A stretch of DNA of 42,410 nucleotides from the IMG/VR virus record IMGVR_UViG_3300025387_000001; one strand, written 5' to 3'. Position 1 is the first letter of the stretch. Every line of letters begins with the position of its first letter. Made by a program: the position numbers and the translations under genes. This document shows positions 7,543-15,773 of this stretch, one piece after another. The DNA is from an uncultured virus (IMG/VR IMGVR_UViG_3300025387_000001) (lineage: Duplodnaviria; Heunggongvirae; Uroviricota; Caudoviricetes). A model generated the notes under the pieces. It was not told where the DNA came from and made no database searches. It was given only the letters and a program-made list of their open reading frames with translations.

Positions 7543-8265
7543 CTACATAAAAAAATCATAGAAATCTGTATACCTCACATTATGATGATATCCACATTTA
7601 TTACAATCGGCCTCCATTTTAACCACAAATGTTGGAAAATTATCAACAAACTCCATCATCTTGTTATAGTTTTCTTCTGTCAAGGTTTCTACAAACTCTT
7701 TTAGTTCCTCTTTACTATAATCTTTCCAAGAATACATACCTTTGGCATCGTAAATATAGTCAATAGCATTTACAATGGTGTTGGTCTTTTCATCAACTTC
7801 GTTTCCAAACTCTACTCTTTTCATAGCAGCATAGTTTGGATACCTCATCTTAACACCTTGTTTCTCATTCAACTTAATATCATCACTGATTTTTTCTGGA
7901 TAAACCACCTCACATTTAGCAATATCCATCATAGCAGGAAAAAAATTACCGCAGGTGTTACCATCATCTAGAACGTTGTTACAGGTTAGATTTACCTCAA
8001 CTGCTTCACCAATAGACTTGGCACGTAGAAATATAAACAAAAAGTCTATATCAAAAAATGGTAGTTTATCAATCTCAACTTTACCAGTAATGATACAGTT
8101 ATTAATAATCTGTTTAACCGTATTTACAATCTCATTTACGTCTTTAGACTCCATTGCCATTAACAAAAGTTTTTCTTCTTTCACGTTAAATGGTCTAACT
8201 TTAATCTTTTCTTTATTTGATGGTATCTCAATTTCATATGTTGGTACATCAATTTTTGGTAACAT
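7543..8265 (-). CDS. gp26: gp26-like baseplate hub assembly protein/chaperone
   Basis: MLPKIDVPTYE..RPFNVKEEKLLL, FDIDFLFIFLRAKSIGE, Cys motifs including CNKC, ends ..DFF. Confidence 0.9.
   Translation of the reverse strand: MLPKIDVPTYEIEIPSNKEKIKVRPFNVKEEKLLLMAMESKDVNEIVNTVKQIINNCIITGKVEIDKLPFFDIDFLFIFLRAKSIGEAVEVNLTCNNVLDDGNTCGNFFPAMMDIAKCEVVYPEKISDDIKLNEKQGVKMRYPNYAAMKRVEFGNEVDEKTNTIVNAIDYIYDAKGMYSWKDYSKEELKEFVETLTEENYNKMMEFVDNFPTFVVKMEADCNKCGYHHNVRYTDFYDFFM
7549..7555 (-). other. Candidate -1 ribosomal frameshift slippery heptamer T TTT TTT
   Basis: Minus strand reads GAT TTT TTT ATG TAG CA ATG GGA. A -1 slip gives TAT GTA GCA ATG GGA, in frame with gp51. Confidence 0.6.
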
Positions 8266-8280
8266 AATTTATTCACTCCA

Positions 8281-8868
8281 TTATGGTGTTATATAATCTG
8301 GTCTATCCCAATACTTATATGCAAATGTAACCTGTAATCTTAAAATATCTTGATCTGCCCATGTTACTTGTTGTGGTGCTACTAATGTGGGCCAAGCTTT
8401 ATTTAATGTCCATCCATAAATTGCATTTGATGGAGTATTTCTTCCTCCAAATTCAGAAAATTGAAAAATTTGAATGTTGCAATAATAATTTACAGGATAT
8501 TCAAAATTAAATGATGTAGTCGGATTAATATACTCCATCCAATCATCAAAAAATGCTCGTTCTGTGCTGGCAGAACGACAAAGGAACTGTAGATTACAGG
8601 TGTTATACATTGTATTGTTAGGCATCACCTGACTTGGGCCATAATATCTAATCTGAGTGACATCAAAACCACGACCTGGAAATTCTGCTGCTTCACACAT
8701 ATAAATTAGATCATTTTTTGGTAATGATGTTAGCATTGTTGCTGAAGGATTAATCTTGACAACAAATCGGCAACTTTTTGCAAATTGACCTAGAGCATCA
8801 GAAGCTGCTCTAAATGCGTTTAATGACAATGACTGTGGAACATTTGTTTGTTTAAAATTATTGATCAT
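8281..8868 (-). CDS. gp54: Tail-tube-fold baseplate tube initiator (gp54/gp19-like)
   Basis: CEAAEFPGR, FFDDWMEYI, AWPTLV..TW...LQVTFAYKYW tail-tube motifs; adjacent to gp48. Confidence 0.75.
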   Translation of the reverse strand: MINNFKQTNVPQSLSLNAFRAASDALGQFAKSCRFVVKINPSATMLTSLPKNDLIYMCEAAEFPGRGFDVTQIRYYGPSQVMPNNTMYNTCNLQFLCRSASTERAFFDDWMEYINPTTSFNFEYPVNYYCNIQIFQFSEFGGRNTPSNAIYGWTLNKAWPTLVAPQQVTWADQDILRLQVTFAYKYWDRPDYITP

Positions 8869-9605
8869 TAGTATCCGTCCAAAACGTTTTGACTATTGAT
8901 AACTCTCATCTCTTGGAATGCCATTGTCAACATAGCAGATGTTGGTGCACCATCTTTAAAGGTGCTCCACTCTCCTGTTGGAGTATAATTAATATCAATA
9001 CCCGTAAGAACACAACGTCCTATTTTAGGTATATTTTCATTTGGAGTTGCTGTACCATTTTCATCCAAGTACCAAAACTGAATTAAAAATTCTGATGGAG
9101 ATAAGTATAGGCCGCCAGTGCTTAGAAACTCTGCTTGATTACCTACCGACCCAATATATCCTGTTTGTGGATCACTGGTACCTTCAACAAGAGTTGGAGA
9201 AGAATATTGTCGTAATGTTTGAACTATTAACTTTAATTGTCTTGATTCTTCTGGTGATTGTGGAGACATAATAAAACTAAATTGAAATCTACGTAGTGCG
9301 GTATCACGATATAGCACCTCAACCTTAGAGTTTATAGCACCACCTGCGGCGCCTGCTACCGTTTGTATAAGTCCACCTATTGCACCAATAGCACCTGGAA
9401 CAACATAACCCATTTTCTTGTCAACATATTCGTGAGAGGTTTCCCACACCATATTTGACCCATTAATACCTCCAGGAACAAACAATGAAATTCCTGCCTG
9501 TGGTGAATTATCATTACCACGACCGACAGGCATTATAATCATATAATGGCCTTGTCTGGCGGATGTTAAATCTTCTGGAAACGATAAATTGAGAAAACCT
9601 GGCAT
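8868..9605 (-). CDS. gp48: Baseplate tail-tube cap gp48
   Basis: LSFPEDL, LRRFQFSFIMSPQSPEES, PSEFLI, CVLTGIDINYTP..FKDGAP...MAFQE. Confidence 0.85.
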   Translation of the reverse strand: MPGFLNLSFPEDLTSARQGHYMIIMPVGRGNDNSPQAGISLFVPGGINGSNMVWETSHEYVDKKMGYVVPGAIGAIGGLIQTVAGAAGGAINSKVEVLYRDTALRRFQFSFIMSPQSPEESRQLKLIVQTLRQYSSPTLVEGTSDPQTGYIGSVGNQAEFLSTGGLYLSPSEFLIQFWYLDENGTATPNENIPKIGRCVLTGIDINYTPTGEWSTFKDGAPTSAMLTMAFQEMRVINSQNVLDGY

Positions 9606-9630
9606 TTATTCCTCCGGTATACCTAGATAC

Positions 9631-9638
9631 TATTTATG
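9631..9638 (-). promoter_or_regulatory. Late promoter variant driving the minus-strand tail cassette
   Basis: Plus-strand TATTTATG is CATAAATA on the minus strand. It overlaps the gp4 ATG, upstream of the GGAGG SD of gp48. Confidence 0.55.
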
Positions 9639-10079
9639 GCACACTACAAGCAAGGTTTATTTAAGCCTGTGAATCCTAAAAAATATATCGGAGACCCTAC
9701 CAACATCGTATATAGGTCTGGATGGGAAAAGAGGGTAATGGATTGGTTAGACACCAACACCAATGTTGTCCGTTGGGGGTCGGAAGAGATAGTCATTCCG
9801 TATGTATCACCCATAGATAATAAACTCCACCGATACTTTACGGACTTTTATGTGGAGGCGGTTGGGAGAGACGGTGAGACACGTAAGATGCTTTTAGAGG
9901 TCAAACCAAAGGCCCAGACCCAAGAACCAAAAAGACCACAAAGGACTACTAAAAGGTATATTACCGAGGTGATGACTTACGGAGTTAATCAGGCTAAATG
10001 GAAGGCCGCAGAAGATTATTGCCGTCACAAAGGATGGGAATTTAGAGTTATAACGGAATCAGACCTATTCAAAAAGTGA
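9636..10079 (+). CDS. gp4: Head completion nuclease gp4
   Basis: FKPVNPKKYIGDPTNIVYRSGWE, WGSEEIVIPY, HRYFTDF, EVKP, NQAKWKAA. Confidence 0.93.
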   Translation: MAHYKQGLFKPVNPKKYIGDPTNIVYRSGWEKRVMDWLDTNTNVVRWGSEEIVIPYVSPIDNKLHRYFTDFYVEAVGRDGETRKMLLEVKPKAQTQEPKRPQRTTKRYITEVMTYGVNQAKWKAAEDYCRHKGWEFRVITESDLFKK

Positions 10080-10087
10080 TATAAATA
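10080..10087 (+). promoter_or_regulatory. T4-type late promoter
   Basis: TATAAATA 6 nt upstream of the gp2 ATG. Confidence 0.75.
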
Positions 10088-10093
10088 CAGGTT

Positions 10094-10603
10094 ATGGCAG
10101 AAAAATATTCATCTAAAGACCTACAAAAGTGGTTATTTGATAAGGCCTTGGATGCTGCGTCACCAAAGGCTCGTAAACTGTTACTAGCATCCGATCAAAG
10201 AGGTCGTGATGATACTGTTATTGGAAAGTTATTCTTTTTTAAGTATGACCCGAAAGGGAAGGCGACACTAGCAAAGTATGATAAGTTTCCAATGGCATTT
10301 CCAATTGAGATGTATGGAGATGGTTTTCTTGGTTTAAACCTACACTATCTTAGTATAGGTGAAAGACAATCTTTATTAGGTCAATTGATGAAGTTTCAAA
10401 ATAATAAATTATTTGATGAAACGACCAAACTAAAATTGAGTTATCAGTTATTACAAGGTTCAAGAAGATTAGAGTCCTTGGCAAAACCTTGTATCAAAAG
10501 ATATCTTTATACACAGGTTAGGTCTCAGTTCATCGAGATCAACGTTGATGAGTTTGATAAAGCAATACAACTCCCAGTTGAAGATTGGGTATTCAAGAGG
10601 TAA
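10094..10603 (+). CDS. gp2: DNA end protector gp2
   Basis: GKLFFFKYDPKGK..L..YDKFP, GFLGLNLHYL, KPCIKRYL...VRS, LPVE. Confidence 0.9.
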   Translation: MAEKYSSKDLQKWLFDKALDAASPKARKLLLASDQRGRDDTVIGKLFFFKYDPKGKATLAKYDKFPMAFPIEMYGDGFLGLNLHYLSIGERQSLLGQLMKFQNNKLFDETTKLKLSYQLLQGSRRLESLAKPCIKRYLYTQVRSQFIEINVDEFDKAIQLPVEDWVFKR

Positions 10604-10605
10604 AA

Positions 10606-11460
10606 ATGGCAGTCGATAATACAGTAACAGGTACTCCAGGACCTTCATATAACACACCGTTTTTTGGTGCATTTCCTACTATGGAATATGATATTAATAA
10701 TACTGTTACTTATTTAATAGGTCCTCACGAAACCGTAACCGATATTTTCTTTCGTTTTGGTATTCTCAAAAAAATTATTAATAATACATCAGCATATTAT
10801 GTTTATGATGTATTGGATTCCGATACACCAGAATTATTAGCAGAAAAGATTTATGGTGACGTTGGTGCTGGTTGGATTATATTATATGCCAATAAAATTT
10901 CAGATGCACAATTTGACTGGACTTTACAATATGATGCCTTCCAAAAAATGATTAACGACAAATATGGTTCAGTAGATTGGGCACAGGCGAATATACATCA
11001 TTGTGAAATGGTTATTGAAAGAACCAATGAATTTTATGGAACAACAAGCACAACAACTTTTGTTATTGATGAAACTCGTTTAACAAATAATTTTCCAAAT
11101 GTTCCTTATGCTTATTTTACTCCTTGGACCGTTACGACACATAGAACCTCTGATAGTAATGTATTTACCGCAGATGACGATAACAGGCCATATTTGACCG
11201 CCGATTTGACTTACGATGATCTCGTAACAGTTTCTAGATCAGGTTCTATACCTCTCATCCAAGGTACACAAACTTATCAAATTGATGGTAAAACAATAGT
11301 TGAAACAACATCAGGTCAGAGAATTTCATATTATGATTATGAATTAAAACTAAATGATGATAAAAGAATTATTAAAATTATTAAACCGGAATATTATCCG
11401 CAAATTATGGCAGAATTCAAAAAACTTACAAATGCTACAACATCATATTTGAGGAAATAA
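10606..11460 (+). CDS. gp53: Baseplate wedge gp53 (LysM-like)
   Basis: FF..FP...Y, YDVLDSDTPELLAEKIYGD...WIILYAN, YDYELKLNDDKRIIKIIKPEY. GAGG SD before ATG 10606. Confidence 0.88.
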   Translation: MAVDNTVTGTPGPSYNTPFFGAFPTMEYDINNTVTYLIGPHETVTDIFFRFGILKKIINNTSAYYVYDVLDSDTPELLAEKIYGDVGAGWIILYANKISDAQFDWTLQYDAFQKMINDKYGSVDWAQANIHHCEMVIERTNEFYGTTSTTTFVIDETRLTNNFPNVPYAYFTPWTVTTHRTSDSNVFTADDDNRPYLTADLTYDDLVTVSRSGSIPLIQGTQTYQIDGKTIVETTSGQRISYYDYELKLNDDKRIIKIIKPEYYPQIMAEFKKLTNATTSYLRK

Positions 11461-11466
11461 TATAAT

Positions 11467-12633
11467 ATGACATTTCAAGGAACTTATGAAGGCCGTTTGG
11501 TTGATGCAAGAATTGGAATAGGCGGTGTGATTTTTGCTGATATTACAGTCAAAGAAATCATACTTGGTGAAAGCTTAACAACACCTGGACTTCAAACTGC
11601 TATAACTCTACAATCTTTTATATATAGCAAAATATCTAAAAATTTAGATCAATATAAAGACCAAACAATCACCATCGATCTCCAAACAAAAGATGGTAGT
11701 AATACAATGTTTGTTAGTCAGCAAGTATATAGAATTGATAACAGACATTTTGAACCTATTAATATAGGTCAAACCGAAGAATTTACTGTCCATGCCTGTG
11801 ATCAAAGTTTACTCAATGATGCTCAATCTTTAGTTTCAAAGTCTTGGAAATGTACCACACCCGATAAAATCGTTAATTATGTTTTAAGTTCATGTGCTGG
11901 TGCTACAAGAACGGTCATTGATTCTGCTTCGCCTGCTAGAGATTATATGGCAGACAATATACATCCATTCCAGGTGGTAGCACAACAATGTAATGTCGCA
12001 TTAGATGGCAATGATCCATCATTTTTACATTATATGACTTATGAAAATGGAGGCACACATTATTTTAGATCATTAAACTATTTGAGAAACCAAGGTCCTG
12101 TTCAAACATTTTATCACTCAGAAGGTAATAACGATCTTTCAAATCCAAATCGTGCTATTATGTTTAGTTTTCCTTGTGACTTTGACTATCTATCTGATCT
12201 TCTTAATGGTGTTGATAAAAATGGTAATCCTATTAATACCGTCACAGCATGGAATCCAGTAAGTTATAATGTAAATCTACATGGAGGTAATGTTGGTGGA
12301 TGTGGTATAGGAAGTGGTAATCATAAAACTGCAATAACCAATAAAGGCACAGCACAACAACAAGACGGTTGTGAGATAGATGTTGAAGAATGGTTATTAC
12401 TTAGACAGGCTAGAATGGGTCTATTAGAAAAAGATAAGACCGCATTAAGAATTACCGTTCCATGGAATCCAAATTTACACGTTGGTAATGTTATTGGTTT
12501 AAGTTGGACAAATAAATATAATAATGCTCCGGTCTATGGTGCCGGTAACTATGTAATCGCAGCAATGACTCACAATATACAGTTTGGTGGTTTTGCTACG
12601 ACCACGATGGATTGTATCAAACGAGTTTATTAG
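11467..12633 (+). CDS. Baseplate hub protein (gp27/late-control-D-like)
   Basis: 388 aa between gp53 and gp5. C-terminal ITVPWNPNLHVGNVI...GNYVIAAMTHNI resembles the hub-protein C-terminus. Confidence 0.55.
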   Translation: MTFQGTYEGRLVDARIGIGGVIFADITVKEIILGESLTTPGLQTAITLQSFIYSKISKNLDQYKDQTITIDLQTKDGSNTMFVSQQVYRIDNRHFEPINIGQTEEFTVHACDQSLLNDAQSLVSKSWKCTTPDKIVNYVLSSCAGATRTVIDSASPARDYMADNIHPFQVVAQQCNVALDGNDPSFLHYMTYENGGTHYFRSLNYLRNQGPVQTFYHSEGNNDLSNPNRAIMFSFPCDFDYLSDLLNGVDKNGNPINTVTAWNPVSYNVNLHGGNVGGCGIGSGNHKTAITNKGTAQQQDGCEIDVEEWLLLRQARMGLLEKDKTALRITVPWNPNLHVGNVIGLSWTNKYNNAPVYGAGNYVIAAMTHNIQFGGFATTTMDCIKRVY

Positions 12634-12643
12634 GGAATATAAA

Positions 12644-14035
12644 ATGTCACAGAATGATCTTCAGGGACAAATAAAAGTTGGTGTAGTTAATAGAGGTTTT
12701 AAAGGTGATACACCTGTTGATCAATCATTGAACCACGGTGTAAGAGACATAAACGCTGGCCCAGATGTGAAGGATCCAGATTGTGGTTTCTGGCCTCTAA
12801 GTATAAACCCTTCACAAGGTAGTGCGTGTGAGTTTGGCGGCGGAATGGATCCTGCACAACTTGTATATTATATAAAAAATGCAGGTCAGACCGGTGGAAT
12901 TATATTAGGTTTAGCAAATGCTATTAAAAATGGTGGATCTGGTGGTGCAGGTGGTGGTCAAAGCCTTTTAGGTGATGCTGTTCAAGAACTTATGAATACC
13001 ACTATTGGTATTAATATTCCTCCACAAATACAAGAAACCACCGAAAGAGGTGCCAAGGTACGTACCATTAAAGAAAAAGGCCAGCAACATAGCACAGGTT
13101 TATTAGACGGTCTTCCTTTACATGGCGCTCTTTTTAATATGTCTGGATTTAGATTACCAGCAGTTAAAAAAGTACCTACTGCCAGACAAACTAATGACCA
13201 GATGATGACGATGGATGTGTTTAATCAGTTGTCTGGTCAAATTATGTCTCTTGCTCAAATGTTCCAAGGTCTTATGCAGAATGGATCTGGTGGTGGAACT
13301 GGTGGTGCCTCTGCCGCACAGGCCGGAGGACTAGGTAACGGTCAAAGTTATTGGCAAGATATACATGATAAATTGACTCCTAATATGTCTGCTGCTCTAA
13401 ACAGTCTTTCAACACTCATACAAGGACATGAGACAGACAATGGTGTTGGTTATGTTACAGGTAATGTTGTTCATTATGGTATCTACTTAGAAAATGCAAC
13501 GGCATTATTAAGTCAGGCGCAGTCAATAGACGATCTTATGAACGTCCTTAGTCAGCTACAATGGGATACCTCCATTATGGGCCACGATGCCCTAGATAAT
13601 GTTGTTGTTCAAATTGAAAATGCTTGGGGTACCGCATTACAAGAAGTTGACTATAACGGAACAATTACCGTTTCATATGCTAATGCAAATGCTCAGATGA
13701 ACTTTGCTAATAGTATGAGTAACACCACATATGCCAGTGCGGCATCTTCTTCTCCTGCACCTCCTCCTTATTTTGGTGGTGGTAATCAAGGTGGTGGTAG
13801 TGGCGCCAATGTTGGTCAAATAGCAGGTCAAGTTCAAAGTCTTATGGGCCAGTTGTTTGGTAAAAGTTCCGGCACATTGCAAGATATGTGGAAAAGACTA
13901 GCACCTTCTGGCGAACAAACCGCTAAACAAATGCACGAAAAATTAACACAACAACAAGAAGCACAAAAACAGAAACAAGTAAATGATGCTACGACAAAAA
14001 ACCAAGGAGATCCTTTCTCCGTCTTTACGCAATAG
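12644..14035 (+). CDS. Putative gp5 N-terminal part (OB-fold-like N-terminus plus Gln/Gly-rich helical region)
   Basis: N-terminal VGVV...DPDCGFWPL..NPSQ...GGMDPAQLVYY...GGIILG loosely matches the gp5 OB-fold. AGGGA SD before ATG 12644. Confidence 0.45.
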   Translation: MSQNDLQGQIKVGVVNRGFKGDTPVDQSLNHGVRDINAGPDVKDPDCGFWPLSINPSQGSACEFGGGMDPAQLVYYIKNAGQTGGIILGLANAIKNGGSGGAGGGQSLLGDAVQELMNTTIGINIPPQIQETTERGAKVRTIKEKGQQHSTGLLDGLPLHGALFNMSGFRLPAVKKVPTARQTNDQMMTMDVFNQLSGQIMSLAQMFQGLMQNGSGGGTGGASAAQAGGLGNGQSYWQDIHDKLTPNMSAALNSLSTLIQGHETDNGVGYVTGNVVHYGIYLENATALLSQAQSIDDLMNVLSQLQWDTSIMGHDALDNVVVQIENAWGTALQEVDYNGTITVSYANANAQMNFANSMSNTTYASAASSSPAPPPYFGGGNQGGGSGANVGQIAGQVQSLMGQLFGKSSGTLQDMWKRLAPSGEQTAKQMHEKLTQQQEAQKQKQVNDATTKNQGDPFSVFTQ

Positions 14036-14046
14036 GGAATTAAAAA

Positions 14047-15336
14047 ATGGCAGAATTACAAGCGAGTGTGTTTACAGCAGGAGGAGACTCCTTCAATACT
14101 AATGAAGATGGCCTAGGCACACCAAGAGCATTTGATGTTGATCAAGATGCAAATTCTCAAAAAGGTGCGGGAACTTACCCAAACTACTGGGGTCGTAAAG
14201 ATCGTGCAGGAAACTGGTTTTCAATGGATGCTTCTGAAGGTAATGAGACAATAACCTTACAACACAGAAGCGGTTCATCAGTTCAGTTCCGTCCGGATGG
14301 TGGTTTGTTGATGACAACGCACAACGGTAAATATGAGGTTGTGTTTGGTGAGAATCGTGTAACCATTTCAGGTGCCCACGACATCACAGTAAAAGGTGAC
14401 ACATCTATGCGTGTATATGGAAACAATAATATGACCGTTCACGGCGATCATAATATGACCATTATGGGCGATTATAATATCACAGCAAAGAATATAAACT
14501 ATTCTGTCCGTGGTAATATAGACACAGAGGCCAAGAATATCAATACTAGAGTAGAAGGTTCTGGTACTTATAACTATCTTGGTGGTGTTTCTACGGTTTC
14601 CAAAGGTAATATGACCACAATGTCTACTGCTGGTAATAGATATGATGGTGCTGGTAAAGACCATCATACAAAAGCAAAGAGCAATAAAACCACACAGGTT
14701 GGTAAAAATGAAACACACATTGTAAATAATAAATTTGAATTTAGTCTAACAGGTGGTCCAGTATCGGGACCTTCACAGGCTAAACGCAAATATGGAGCAA
14801 GTTCTAATCAATCAGCAGTTTATCAACAAACTATTGATCAAAATGGTGAAAAAATCAATAATACTAAGGATTCTAAACTTAAAGTTGGTGGTGATACTGA
14901 AAATCAACATGGTGGTGATCTAAAAGAAAAGATCACTGGTAAGAAACAAACACAGGCTATGATGGGTATTGAAGCGGAATCTCAAGCAAACTATGTTATT
15001 AAAGCATTGTCTAATTTACAGGCCACTGCTGGCGCCTCGATGGATATGAGAGCACCTTCAGGTCAGGCATCATTTGCTGGTGCATCTACGGTTGTTAATG
15101 CTTTATCTGGTGCTTTAGGTATAGCAGGCGCCGCAGGTGTTAACCTAGATTCCTTAGGTTCTTTACTCAATCTTAATGGTGGTATTGCATCAATTGTTTC
15201 CGCGTTGGGCCTTCAGTTAAGTTTTGATTTTGGTGATATAACTTCAAATATTCAATTACCAGATATCACAGGTGCCCAGGCGGATCAACCACAAGAAGAG
15301 CCTGATTTAACCAGTGAAATATCTAGTTGGTTGTAA
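14047..15336 (+). CDS. gp5: gp5-like spike, C-terminal beta-helix part
   Basis: YPNY..KDRAGNWFSMDASEGNETITLQHRSGS..FRPDG, then 8-residue VxG repeats (ISGAHDITVKGDTSMRVYGNNNMTVHGDHNMTIMGDYN). No lysozyme domain. Confidence 0.8.
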   Translation: MAELQASVFTAGGDSFNTNEDGLGTPRAFDVDQDANSQKGAGTYPNYWGRKDRAGNWFSMDASEGNETITLQHRSGSSVQFRPDGGLLMTTHNGKYEVVFGENRVTISGAHDITVKGDTSMRVYGNNNMTVHGDHNMTIMGDYNITAKNINYSVRGNIDTEAKNINTRVEGSGTYNYLGGVSTVSKGNMTTMSTAGNRYDGAGKDHHTKAKSNKTTQVGKNETHIVNNKFEFSLTGGPVSGPSQAKRKYGASSNQSAVYQQTIDQNGEKINNTKDSKLKVGGDTENQHGGDLKEKITGKKQTQAMMGIEAESQANYVIKALSNLQATAGASMDMRAPSGQASFAGASTVVNALSGALGIAGAAGVNLDSLGSLLNLNGGIASIVSALGLQLSFDFGDITSNIQLPDITGAQADQPQEEPDLTSEISSWL

Positions 15337-15365
15337 GCTAAATAAGGAAACGCTAAAGGACCGCT

Positions 15366-15773
15366 ATGGCAGTATCTCCATTTGTAAATAGGGAACCAGA
15401 CTACTCAGACCTAGACCTGGATTTTACCAGGAATCCTGCAACTGGTGATGTAAATATATTATATGGACAACAAGATATTAAAAGGTCTGTCCGCAATCTA
15501 GTATTGACCAACTATTATGAAAGAAAGTTTCAATCTACGGTTGGTTCAGATGTTTCTTCTCTACTATTTGAGAATTTTACACCTTTAACATCAGTTTTTA
15601 TACAAAATGCCATAATAGCATTGATAAATAACTTTGAACCTAGGGTAAAATTACAAAGTGTAGCAGTATCCGAAGATATTGATAATTACGGTTTTAACGT
15701 TACAATACAATATATTATATTAAACAGGAATTTACCTGTAACATCAACATTATTCTTAGAGAGAATCCGATAA
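15366..15773 (+). CDS. gp25: Baseplate wedge gp25
   Basis: YSDLDLDF..NP.TGD, IKRSVRNLVLTNYYERKF...GS...LLFE, NFEPRV. Confidence 0.95.
   Translation: MAVSPFVNREPDYSDLDLDFTRNPATGDVNILYGQQDIKRSVRNLVLTNYYERKFQSTVGSDVSSLLFENFTPLTSVFIQNAIIALINNFEPRVKLQSVAVSEDIDNYGFNVTIQYIILNRNLPVTSTLFLERIR

Noticed and set aside
14030..14050. Read-through or frameshift joining the two gp5 parts
   Set aside because: The ORFs are out of frame, no slippery heptamer lies just before the stop, and the second gene has its own AGGGA SD.
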